A stretch of 25,295 nt of DNA from Candidatus Omnitrophota bacterium. GTDB taxonomy: Bacteria > Omnitrophota > Omnitrophia > Omnitrophales > Aquincolibacteriaceae. Location: positions 1 to 25,295 of the forward strand of contig JAMWDC010000001.1 of NCBI GenBank assembly GCA_023819025.1. Reading direction: 5' to 3'. A program made the position numbers and the translations under genes. Shown one piece after another: positions 8,676 through 16,897 of this stretch; within the stretch, counting starts at the first letter, position 1; the number at the start of each line of letters is the position of its first letter. The notes under the pieces are model-generated. The model was not told the origin of the DNA. It saw only the letters and a list, made by a program, of their open reading frames with translations, and ran no database searches.

Positions 8676-9413
8676 GTGAGGCACTATTCTTTCAAAACAT
8701 GCAGACCATTATTATGCGGTGATTCTGGTCGGCATCCATTCGCTTCCACGACACGGTTTCAAGGGGTGCTCAAAATCACAGTCATCATCGGGTTGGTATT
8801 GTTGATTTGGGCTCATCCCAGTTTCGGTAAAAGTGTCGAGGACTATTATAAGGCGGGGGTCCGATATTTAGATAAGGGTAAATATGCAAAAGCCATTCGG
8901 CAGTTTCAAAAGATTCTGCAAGAGAGGCAGGATCTCCCGCAAATTTATAATCTGATGGGTGTTGCCTATTTACGAGAGGGGAAATCCATCGAAAGCGCCG
9001 TTGGATCTTTCCAGGAGGCGGTAAGGCTCGATCCCCATTTTACGGAGGGGTATTATAATTTGGGGGTGACGTATGTGGGGCCAGGGGATAATCCTTCCTT
9101 AGCCGCGCAATATTTTGAAAAGGCTATCGAAACCAATCCAGATTTTTTTCCTGCTTATTTAGGATTGGGGTGGATTACGTTATCGATCAATAAGGATCCG
9201 GAAAAAGCCATTTTGTTATTCGAAAAAGCAATTCAATGCCCCGAAAAAAAGGCGGAGGCGTATTACGGGTTGGGCATGGCTTATGCCACGCTGGGCAAAA
9301 AAGAAATGACCCTGATGCCGATTTCAATGCTAAGGTCCATGAACCGGCTGGATCTTTCATCGATCGAGGAATCGATGATCAAGGAAAAACCCGGTCAAGG
9401 GGATGGCTCATAG
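8676..9413 (+). CDS. Exported TPR-repeat protein
   Basis: About 5 TPR units (YYKAGVRY, IYNLMGVAY, YYNLGVTY, AYLGLGWI, AYYGLGMAY). Signal-like ITVIIGLVLLIWAHPSFG. True start is probably downstream (e.g. GTG 8766). Confidence 0.82.
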   Translation: MRHYSFKTCRPLLCGDSGRHPFASTTRFQGVLKITVIIGLVLLIWAHPSFGKSVEDYYKAGVRYLDKGKYAKAIRQFQKILQERQDLPQIYNLMGVAYLREGKSIESAVGSFQEAVRLDPHFTEGYYNLGVTYVGPGDNPSLAAQYFEKAIETNPDFFPAYLGLGWITLSINKDPEKAILLFEKAIQCPEKKAEAYYGLGMAYATLGKKEMTLMPISMLRSMNRLDLSSIEESMIKEKPGQGDGS

Positions 9414-9465
9414 CGCAGGACTGAAGATTCGAAGACTCGAGACATGCCATATTCCGGGATGGTAT

Positions 9466-9846
9466 CTAACGCGGGTTTTTCGGGGATTGATGGGCTGTGT
9501 CCTGCACCGATTGTATCGTCCTGATTTCGTGTTCCAAAAGAGCAAGCGTTTGAGCTAAGGTTTCGGTACGGTTGTTTTGTTCATTGACATAGAGGGTTAA
9601 AAGGAGGCTTAGAAAAATAAAAGCAACGAGCAGGAGGAAAAAGACAAAATTACTCGGCAGTGAAAAACCGGTTAGTTCGGAAAGAGTGACAAGGATATTT
9701 TCGTTCAGGGATAACACGAGTCCTGAAAAGGAAGCCCCGAGCCAAAACATCGAATACTTAAAGGTCATTTTTTGCCGTCGGATTAGCTCCACGACGGTCA
9801 GGAGGATTAAAAGAGAGGTGATGATGACAAAAAGTTTGGTCTGCAT
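9466..9846 (-). CDS. DUF2304-like small membrane protein
   Basis: Three TM segments, ELIRRQKMTFKYSMFWL, GFSLPSNFVFF, C-terminal coiled coil LAQTLALLEHE. AGGAG RBS. Lies directly downstream of a GT2 gene, the usual context for this family. Confidence 0.8.
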   Translation of the reverse strand: MQTKLFVIITSLLILLTVVELIRRQKMTFKYSMFWLGASFSGLVLSLNENILVTLSELTGFSLPSNFVFFLLLVAFIFLSLLLTLYVNEQNNRTETLAQTLALLEHEIRTIQSVQDTAHQSPKNPR

Positions 9847-9854
9847 TTTTTCTC

Positions 9855-10562
9855 CTATTGTTTTCTTTTTAACGTGTCGATGAGAATGGCGAAGGTAACC
9901 TTGATCATGTAGTAAATGGTTGAAAAATATCGAATCGAAGAAGTCCCGCCCAGGCGTTTGCGCATGTTGACAGGGACTTCTCGAATTCGGGCTCCATACC
10001 GAGTGGCGATCTTAATGGCTTCAGGTTCCGGGAAATCGATCGGATAATAACGAGAAAAATGCTCAATGAGATGTTTGCCCGTTGCTCGAAAACCCGATGT
10101 CGGATCTGTCAAGTAGACTCTGGTAAGCCAGCCGAGGAGAACCGAGAAAAACCGGATGCCCATTCTTCGTAAAAAAGTTGATTTAAAGCGTGAGCGGTCC
10201 GACAAAAAACGGCTTCCGATACAGAGGTCGGCTTCATCGTTCAAAACCGGTGATAGAACATCTTTGAGATAGGCGGGGTCGTGTTGTGCATCTCCGTCAA
10301 TTTGGATTGCGATATCGTATCCTTTTTGATGCGCGTACTTGAAACCAGTTTGAACAGCACCACCGATGCCGAGATTATAAGGGAGTGTTACAACGTGGGC
10401 GCCGCCTTGAGACGCTTTTTGGGCTGTGTCATCGCGGGATCCGTCATTGATCACTAAGATTGTGTAATTCGGATAACGCTTTGAGATATCTTGAACCAAC
10501 CGTTTGATGACCCTGCCCTCGTTGTAGGCAGGGATCATGACGAGGATGCGCTTCTTTTGCAT
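9855..10562 (-). CDS. GT2 glycosyltransferase, DPM1-like (polyprenyl-phosphate sugar synthase-like)
   Basis: IPAYNE, VINDGSRD, NLGIGGAVQTG, IDGDAQHDP, DPTSGFRA, EVPVNMRKR. Confidence 0.9.
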   Translation of the reverse strand: MQKKRILVMIPAYNEGRVIKRLVQDISKRYPNYTILVINDGSRDDTAQKASQGGAHVVTLPYNLGIGGAVQTGFKYAHQKGYDIAIQIDGDAQHDPAYLKDVLSPVLNDEADLCIGSRFLSDRSRFKSTFLRRMGIRFFSVLLGWLTRVYLTDPTSGFRATGKHLIEHFSRYYPIDFPEPEAIKIATRYGARIREVPVNMRKRLGGTSSIRYFSTIYYMIKVTFAILIDTLKRKQ

Positions 10563-10599
10563 GATATTTCAATTTCGGATCATTTTGCCATAGACTTTA

Positions 10600-13305
10600 A
10601 TGATGGAAAAGGCTTCTCAGGTGATTCGGGCTGTGCGTCAGAAGATCGATGGGTTTCTATTGATGATTAAGCAGAAATTCCAAGAAGCCCATCTTGCCTA
10701 TGAAGGCTTAAACCTTCAGCAGGGATCCCCGAGATTGATTTTATTTGTTATATCCTTTTTGTTTGTAAGTAGTTACGCAATTTACTTTAGAACTTATAAG
10801 CTTCATCGATTCTTGAATTTGGAATACAACTTTACACGCACCCAAGCTGAGAAAATTGTGACCGAGAAAATGACCAAACAGCTGAGAAGCATCATCGATC
10901 TTCAATTCCCTCAGATGGCGGATCGTGAAAAATCTCTCTTAGCAGAAGAGCGCGTTAAGGCTGCAAAAAATTCCGAAAAGGATAAATTTGAAGAAGCTGT
11001 TCGGCAAACCCAAAGATCCATGGTTCCGAGCTGGTATATGACATCGTCCCCACCCCAATCACGACACTACCTCCTTGAAGCCGATCCGTATTATTATTAT
11101 TACTTCACGAAAAACCTCTGTGAAACAGGTAAACCAGGCCCACCTTTGGAACGGCGCGGTGTGGTTTTTAACCCCCTGCGGAGATTTCCGATGGGAATGT
11201 CTGAGAGCGCCCTCGGGCATTCCTATGTAGGGTACTATTGGTTTCGGGCTGCGCATTTTTTTAATTCTAAAATCGATTTGATGGAATCGCTTAATTATGT
11301 TCCCCTTATTTTGGTTGTATTGGTGATCTTTGTTTTCTTCGTTTTCTGCCGTGTTATGCAGTTGGGGCTCTTGGCAGCTTTTTTGGGGAGTCTCGCCTTG
11401 GTCGGCGCGCCCATTTTTATCCAACGCAGTCAGTTTGGGTGGTACGACACCGATCCGTACAACTATATCTTTCCCTTCAGTATTCTGGCAGTTTATTTAT
11501 GGGGAGTTGGGGGAGATAAACGATGGCTGCTAGGATCCGTTGCCGCGGGTTTTCTGACCGGGCTTTATTCTAATTTCTGGCCTGGTTGGCCGTTTATTTT
11601 TTATTACTTAAGTGTCAGTGGCTCGGTGATAGGATGTATTGTTTGGTTTTTTCGGCGAAAGTTTATGAATTCTTTTATCAAGAGCACCCTCGGATATATT
11701 CTAGCGGCTCTGTCTTTTCTCATGTTTTTTATGCCCTCGACTGTCTTATGGGCTGCACTCATGGAGCCGTTGAGGGCACTGCCATTATTTGCGAGCAAGA
11801 GCGGTGTTGTGAATTTATGGCCGAATGCACTCTTGGCCGTAGGCGAAACCAAAGAGGTCTCATTGAGAAAACTCGTGTATCTTATTGGGAATCAGCTTAC
11901 GTTGTGGTTAGCTGGGATGGGCGTTGTCCTTACCCTTGGAAGTTTTTTTGTGCGGCAGAATATTCTGTATATTAGTCAGTGGTTTCTTCTCATGGTTTTG
12001 ATTTTGCCTCTTTTGATGTTATCGCTAAATGTTGAACGTTTTACGCTTTTATTTGTCATACCCATGAGCATTTTTGTGGCGGCAGGTATTGAAAGGGCTT
12101 ATGAACTCCTTGGGCATTTATTTTGCCTCTTCATCAGAAACCGCCCCTTTCAACAAATTTTTCGAGTCATTTTGGGCGGTTCCATGCTGCTAATATTTTT
12201 ACCGGCGGCATCCATTACAGCCCATATTTCTGCTCAGATCGATCATACGATTATGAATGATACATGGTTTGATGCCTTAAGTACGATCCGTCAGAAAACC
12301 CCTCAACATTCAGTAGTTATCAGTTGGTGGCCCCCTGGACATTTTATCACTTCAGTTGCAGAAAGGGCCGTTTTTACAGACGGAGGATCCCAGCATTTGC
12401 GCGAAACCTATTGGGTGGCCAAAGGTTTGTTGGAAATGGGCGAGGACGTAGCTGTGGGAATTTTTCGAATGTTGAATATTTCGGGTGCATCTGCGACATC
12501 CTTTTTGGAATCTTTGGGATTTCCTCCCTCAAAAATAGTCGGGTTTATCCTTCAGATAGTTCCTCATTCGAAAGGAGTTGCCCTGAAGATGTTGGAGCAA
12601 TCATCCACCGGATTATCCCTGAGCCAAATGAAGCATCTTGTTGATTTGACCCATGGCAACACTCCACCACGTCCCAATTATATTTTAATGTACAATGATA
12701 TGATCGATCAGACTTTAGCCCTTACGTTTTTAGCTTACTGGGATTTTGACAAGGCCGAAGCCATCATGAAAGCACCGCGTACTTTTTTAGATTTCAAATC
12801 GTTTCCCTCTCCCTCTAAAGCGGGGCCCGTACAAAAAAAAACCAGCCTTCAACAGATCTTAGAATCTTCAGGATGCATTTTGAAGTATACCCCCGAAGCG
12901 GAGCTGGTACGGCGGGAGGGGGATAAGCTCTATTTTGGGAATGGCTTGATGGTGGATCTGACAACGATGGATTCCTACGTTGCCCTGCCTGAAAAGTTGG
13001 TGAGCGGTCGACCGATAAGCTTCTTTTACATGCAGGGTGGGCAGCTGGTTCAAAAGGAAAATGCCGGTGAACGGGTGGATGCTTCCGCGCTCTTGATCTC
13101 CCGAAACGGTCGCTATACCTCTGTAATTGCGGATCCGAAACTGATACGGTCGGTCTTGTTCCGCCTTTGGTATTTAAATGGAGCGGGGTTGAATTTTTTT
13201 AAACCGTTTTATGAAAAGGCGGATCCTGCAAATCAAACAAGGATTTTGGTTTTTGAAATCGACTGGCCGGCGTTTGAAAGATTTCAAGCCAACGAGGTAT
13301 TTTAA
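10600..13305 (+). CDS. STT3/PglB/AglB-family oligosaccharyltransferase, non-canonical WWPPG motif
   Basis: EADPYY (STT3 EFDPW equivalent), R-x6-DTD (RSQFGWYDTD), AVGE (TIxE/SVSE equivalent), ERF, many TM segments, then SWWPPGH...DGGSQH in a large soluble C-terminal domain. Confidence 0.85.
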   Translation: MMEKASQVIRAVRQKIDGFLLMIKQKFQEAHLAYEGLNLQQGSPRLILFVISFLFVSSYAIYFRTYKLHRFLNLEYNFTRTQAEKIVTEKMTKQLRSIIDLQFPQMADREKSLLAEERVKAAKNSEKDKFEEAVRQTQRSMVPSWYMTSSPPQSRHYLLEADPYYYYYFTKNLCETGKPGPPLERRGVVFNPLRRFPMGMSESALGHSYVGYYWFRAAHFFNSKIDLMESLNYVPLILVVLVIFVFFVFCRVMQLGLLAAFLGSLALVGAPIFIQRSQFGWYDTDPYNYIFPFSILAVYLWGVGGDKRWLLGSVAAGFLTGLYSNFWPGWPFIFYYLSVSGSVIGCIVWFFRRKFMNSFIKSTLGYILAALSFLMFFMPSTVLWAALMEPLRALPLFASKSGVVNLWPNALLAVGETKEVSLRKLVYLIGNQLTLWLAGMGVVLTLGSFFVRQNILYISQWFLLMVLILPLLMLSLNVERFTLLFVIPMSIFVAAGIERAYELLGHLFCLFIRNRPFQQIFRVILGGSMLLIFLPAASITAHISAQIDHTIMNDTWFDALSTIRQKTPQHSVVISWWPPGHFITSVAERAVFTDGGSQHLRETYWVAKGLLEMGEDVAVGIFRMLNISGASATSFLESLGFPPSKIVGFILQIVPHSKGVALKMLEQSSTGLSLSQMKHLVDLTHGNTPPRPNYILMYNDMIDQTLALTFLAYWDFDKAEAIMKAPRTFLDFKSFPSPSKAGPVQKKTSLQQILESSGCILKYTPEAELVRREGDKLYFGNGLMVDLTTMDSYVALPEKLVSGRPISFFYMQGGQLVQKENAGERVDASALLISRNGRYTSVIADPKLIRSVLFRLWYLNGAGLNFFKPFYEKADPANQTRILVFEIDWPAFERFQANEVF

Positions 13306-13340
13306 CGATGCGTTACCCCAAAAGTTAAGGAGAACGATTG

Positions 13341-13670
13341 ATGGAGATTCGAGTCAGCATTCGAGGAGGCATATTCGCATGTGGCTTGTCAATCATGTTT
13401 CTGACGGGTTCATTGCAGGCACAGGAGGATACGGGAGTCAAGAAACATGGGGTGGTTTATAATATTGCTGAAGATCGAGAACTGGAAAAAATCGGCGGGA
13501 TTTATGAACCCGAAGGCCTGGATAAGTATGTAAAAAGAAAATTTGACATGGTTCTCCAGAAAATGGACGATTTGGATGCAAGGATGACGAACGTTGAAAA
13601 AGAACTTGGAATTTTGCAATCAAAATTGGACACGGCTTTAAACCAAGATCAAAAAAAAATCAAACACTAA
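13341..13670 (+). CDS. Small exported coiled-coil protein of unknown function
   Basis: AAGGAG at 13327-13332. Signal peptide ends SLQA|QE. Heptad pattern VLQKMDDLDARMTNVEKELGILQSKL. Confidence 0.72.
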   Translation: MEIRVSIRGGIFACGLSIMFLTGSLQAQEDTGVKKHGVVYNIAEDRELEKIGGIYEPEGLDKYVKRKFDMVLQKMDDLDARMTNVEKELGILQSKLDTALNQDQKKIKH

Positions 13671-13755
13671 TCAGCCGATAGCGGATTCCATGGTCAAAAT
13701 GCCACGACCTGTCGGGGCGGGGTACGGCAGTTTGTATGATTGAGAAATTCCTTCG

Positions 13756-14805
13756 ATGATATTCTTTCACAACGGTAAGGGCAGTATTCTGATTCTGACC
13801 CTTTGGGTTCTTACGCTACTCAGTGTCTTTGTTGTTTCCGTTGGGTACTCAACGCGCCAGAGGTTGCGGAAGTTGCAGCACCTTGAAAACCGCGAAACGT
13901 TGCGCACCGTCGCCGATGCAGGCGTTCGGCAGGCTATTTATTTTGTGAACGCGACTCAAGGCAGACCTTTCACGCCGCATGGCTTTAGTGACCGACCGTC
14001 TCGAGGGGTAGCAAATTTCCAAGATGTCCTGATCGGGGATGCTATGTTTTCAGTGATTGTACTTGATGGTTCATTGGCCCCGGAGAAATCCCGCGATTCA
14101 GCTCACAGTTTCCGCTACGGAGTCGTTGATGAAGAGCGGAAGATTCATCTCAACCAAACTAACTCACCCCAGATTCTGAAGCGCCTCTTCCAACTTGCAG
14201 CGGGTTTAAATGAGGTTGATGCTCATACGATTGCTGTTTCCATACTGGATTGGCGGGACGAAGATGACTTTCCCTATGATCGAGGTGCCGAAAGCTTTTA
14301 TTACAAAAGCCGTAAGCCGCCCTATATCCCTAAAAATGCCGACTTTAATTCTCTGGAAGAGTTGTTGCTGGTTCGAGGTGTCTCCCCAGAGATCTATCGA
14401 AAGGTCCTTCCCTATCTCACCTTGGATAGTTCGGGAAAGATCAATATCAATACGGCGTCGCGTGTGGTGTTGGAAGCTGTGGGTTTTAGTGAGTCACTCA
14501 CATCAAAAATATGGCGTTATCGCGCTGGGAAAGACACCCGCGAAGGAACCCGGGACGACAAGTTTTTTAAAGATCTATCGACCGTAGCCGATAATATATC
14601 AGGTATATATTACTTAACGGATGATGAAAGGGGCAGTTTGGAAAGTTTTATCGGTTCGGGAATGATCATCGTTCGATCAGAAAATTTCTCGATTCATAGT
14701 ATCGCCCGATTTAAAAATCGGGCGAATCCGACATTGACCATTCATTGTGTTGTGACGCTTGATGGTCGGATCAAGCGATGGCAGGAATATTTTAACGTGG
14801 CCTAG
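13756..14805 (+). CDS. gspK: Minor pseudopilin GspK
   Basis: G|SILILTLWVL without Glu+5 (typical of GspK), DEERKIHLN, ILDWRDED, FNSLEELLLVRG, GKININTAS. Confidence 0.9.
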   Translation: MIFFHNGKGSILILTLWVLTLLSVFVVSVGYSTRQRLRKLQHLENRETLRTVADAGVRQAIYFVNATQGRPFTPHGFSDRPSRGVANFQDVLIGDAMFSVIVLDGSLAPEKSRDSAHSFRYGVVDEERKIHLNQTNSPQILKRLFQLAAGLNEVDAHTIAVSILDWRDEDDFPYDRGAESFYYKSRKPPYIPKNADFNSLEELLLVRGVSPEIYRKVLPYLTLDSSGKININTASRVVLEAVGFSESLTSKIWRYRAGKDTREGTRDDKFFKDLSTVADNISGIYYLTDDERGSLESFIGSGMIIVRSENFSIHSIARFKNRANPTLTIHCVVTLDGRIKRWQEYFNVA

Positions 14806-14837
14806 CTTTCTCTTTTAATCCATTGAATTAAGATCGA

Positions 14838-16052
14838 GTGTGGTTTAAGTTCAGTGCACCAAGTGCATCAATGACCCGATCCGGTATGATGATGAGTGGG
14901 AAACTCTTATTAATATTGATGGTTGTCGGATGTTTGTCTTTTGGGATTTGGCTTTTACCTATTTTCGCACAGGATGCAGGTCCCTCGTTCGATATTCTCG
15001 AAGAACTCAAACTTTATTCCAAGGCCTTGGGTGCTATTGTGCAAGGTTATGTCGAAGACAAAAACCCACGGGAACTATTCTACGATTCTGTGAGAGGGAT
15101 GTTGAAATCTCTTGATGAATACTGTGAGTTTTTCAGCCCCGATCAGTACGAGCTTGTCAAAATCAGCATGAAGGGGGAATACTCAGGGATCGGGGCCAAA
15201 ATCGAAATTGTCGATCACTATCCCTCCATCGCTGAACTCAAGCCGGATAGCGCGGCGATGAAGGCTGGCTTAGAGGTTCACGACCGCATTCTCAAAGTGG
15301 ATGGCGTGTCGATGATGGATAAAGCCGTCGGGGATGTTTCTTCGCTTCTCCGGGGCGATGTTGACACAGCCTTAGTCTTGACAATTTTTCGGGAGGCAAC
15401 TCAAAAAACATTTGATGTAAAGATTATCCGCGAAAAAGTTGTTCTTGAAGCAGTCAAGGATGTTAGGATGGTTGGACGCGCTTTGGGGTATATGAGAATT
15501 TCCGAGTTTCAGGAAAAAACTGCCGAACAAGCGAAAAAGGCCTTAAGGAAGCTTCACGGAAAGAAAATGGGTGCTTTAATTTTAGACCTCCGGGGAAATA
15601 TTGGGGGTTTGCTTCCGGAAGCGATCGAACTCGCCGAACTCTTCTTACCGGACGGAGTCAAAATCGTTACGGTGAAAAGCAAAATTCCGGAACAGCGGAA
15701 TGAGTATTATTCTAAGGCCAAAGAAGTCGAGCCGTTTTATCCCATGATTATTTTGGTCAACGAGGCAACGGCAAGCGCATCTGAAATATTTACAGGGGCG
15801 ATGCAGGATCACGGCCGTGCCAAGGTGATTGGTACTAAAACATACGGCAAGGCCTCGGTCCAGTCCGTGATTCCATTAGACGAGAAATCGGCCATGAAGA
15901 TAACAACAGCGCGCTATATTACGCCGAATGGACGCATCATCGATAAGGTCGGGATTGTGCCTGATGAGGTGATTGAAAATAAACCAGCCGGCACACCCGG
16001 TTATGACGTACAAACCAGTCGTGCCCTGGAGCTGTTTCAACAATACATTTAG
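14838..16052 (+). CDS. ctpA: S41-family carboxyl-terminal processing protease with PDZ domain
   Basis: YSGIGA (PDZ), LILDLRGNIGG, TASASEIFTGAMQD (catalytic Ser), GTKTYGKASVQ (catalytic Lys), TTARYITPNG. Start may be ATG 14886, 14889 or 14892. Confidence 0.92.
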   Translation: MWFKFSAPSASMTRSGMMMSGKLLLILMVVGCLSFGIWLLPIFAQDAGPSFDILEELKLYSKALGAIVQGYVEDKNPRELFYDSVRGMLKSLDEYCEFFSPDQYELVKISMKGEYSGIGAKIEIVDHYPSIAELKPDSAAMKAGLEVHDRILKVDGVSMMDKAVGDVSSLLRGDVDTALVLTIFREATQKTFDVKIIREKVVLEAVKDVRMVGRALGYMRISEFQEKTAEQAKKALRKLHGKKMGALILDLRGNIGGLLPEAIELAELFLPDGVKIVTVKSKIPEQRNEYYSKAKEVEPFYPMIILVNEATASASEIFTGAMQDHGRAKVIGTKTYGKASVQSVIPLDEKSAMKITTARYITPNGRIIDKVGIVPDEVIENKPAGTPGYDVQTSRALELFQQYI

Positions 16053-16175
16053 GGTCTCTAAGACTTGTAGCAAGTTGAGCCTGGGGAGAGATGTAGAGTG
16101 CTGTTGATGTTAAAAAAGTGGGGTTTGTTGAATTTTTTTTGATTGCAAACATAGCAACACATAGAGAGGTGAAAT

Positions 16176-16661
16176 ATGAGTGGAAAAAGTATTATTGTGG
16201 CAGGGATACTCTTATTGGTGACTAATGCCATGACGGCTGCGTTCTTTTCAAGCAAACAAGCCCTTCAACCAGCTGGTTCGGTTGAATCAGCGACGCCGAA
16301 GGAACCGGTTTCACCCAATCTCCCGTATATTATTGCGCAACTCAATCTTAACATGTTGAGTTGGCAGGATGTGCGACGCGTCGATCAGGTGGCTGCGGTC
16401 CAGGAAATGATACGTTTGTTCAAAGAACGTGAAAATTCAGCCATTTTAAACTCGGCCGAATTCTATACAGACCGGATTAATGAGATGATCACCGCAAATC
16501 CGACGGTAAAAAATGTAACATTGCCCACCCTCGTGAAGATTGTTGCGGTTATGGAGTATGACTTCTACAACGGTCAAAACAAAGAGGATTTGGCACAACA
16601 GATTTTGGGACCGCAACTGTACGAGCAGAACAAGATTAGACTTGGAAGGACAACTACGTAA
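16176..16661 (+). CDS. Hypothetical exported or membrane-anchored protein
   Basis: GAGGTG RBS at 16166-16171, N-terminal hydrophobic segment, plausible helical body. No family recognised. Confidence 0.75.
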   Translation: MSGKSIIVAGILLLVTNAMTAAFFSSKQALQPAGSVESATPKEPVSPNLPYIIAQLNLNMLSWQDVRRVDQVAAVQEMIRLFKERENSAILNSAEFYTDRINEMITANPTVKNVTLPTLVKIVAVMEYDFYNGQNKEDLAQQILGPQLYEQNKIRLGRTTT

Positions 16662-16897
16662 GTTTGCCATCTGTAGAAAGGATTGAAGCCCCATATCGGA
16701 AAGACAAATGTTGTGGTTTGCTTTTTCTCTTTGTCATATACCTTTGAAGGGTGATGGATTTCATTTTGTGCTCTCAAGGCAAACCCTTTTTTAAATCCTT
16801 TGTCTCCGGAATCGTAATCCGTTTGAAAATAATTCTTGCCCGATGTGGGGTTCTCGGCTGCCGTATCAGGTACTGTCGCTAACGGAAGGGTCCTGCG

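Noticed and set aside
8676-8696. GGCAC-N5-TTTC as a sigma-54 promoter before the TPR gene
   Set aside because: The essential -12 GC is missing.
11089-11103. (TAT)4-TAC microsatellite giving five Tyr residues
   Set aside because: It falls in the aromatic-rich helix after the conserved DP motif; too short to indicate a contingency repeat.
12833-12841. A9 tract in the OST gene (also A9 at 13651-13659) as phase-variation sites
   Set aside because: Both encode Gln-Lys-Lys in intact frames; tracts this short are expected from Lys codons.
16062-16076. Short hairpin ACTTG-TAG-CAAGT after ctpA as a terminator
   Set aside because: Only a 5-6 bp weak stem with no U-tract.
16770-16870. GGCAAACC ... 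GGCTGCCG resembling a c-di-GMP-I riboswitch
   Set aside because: It lacks the GNRA hairpin and the GGGACGCAAAG core, and lies between convergent gene ends.
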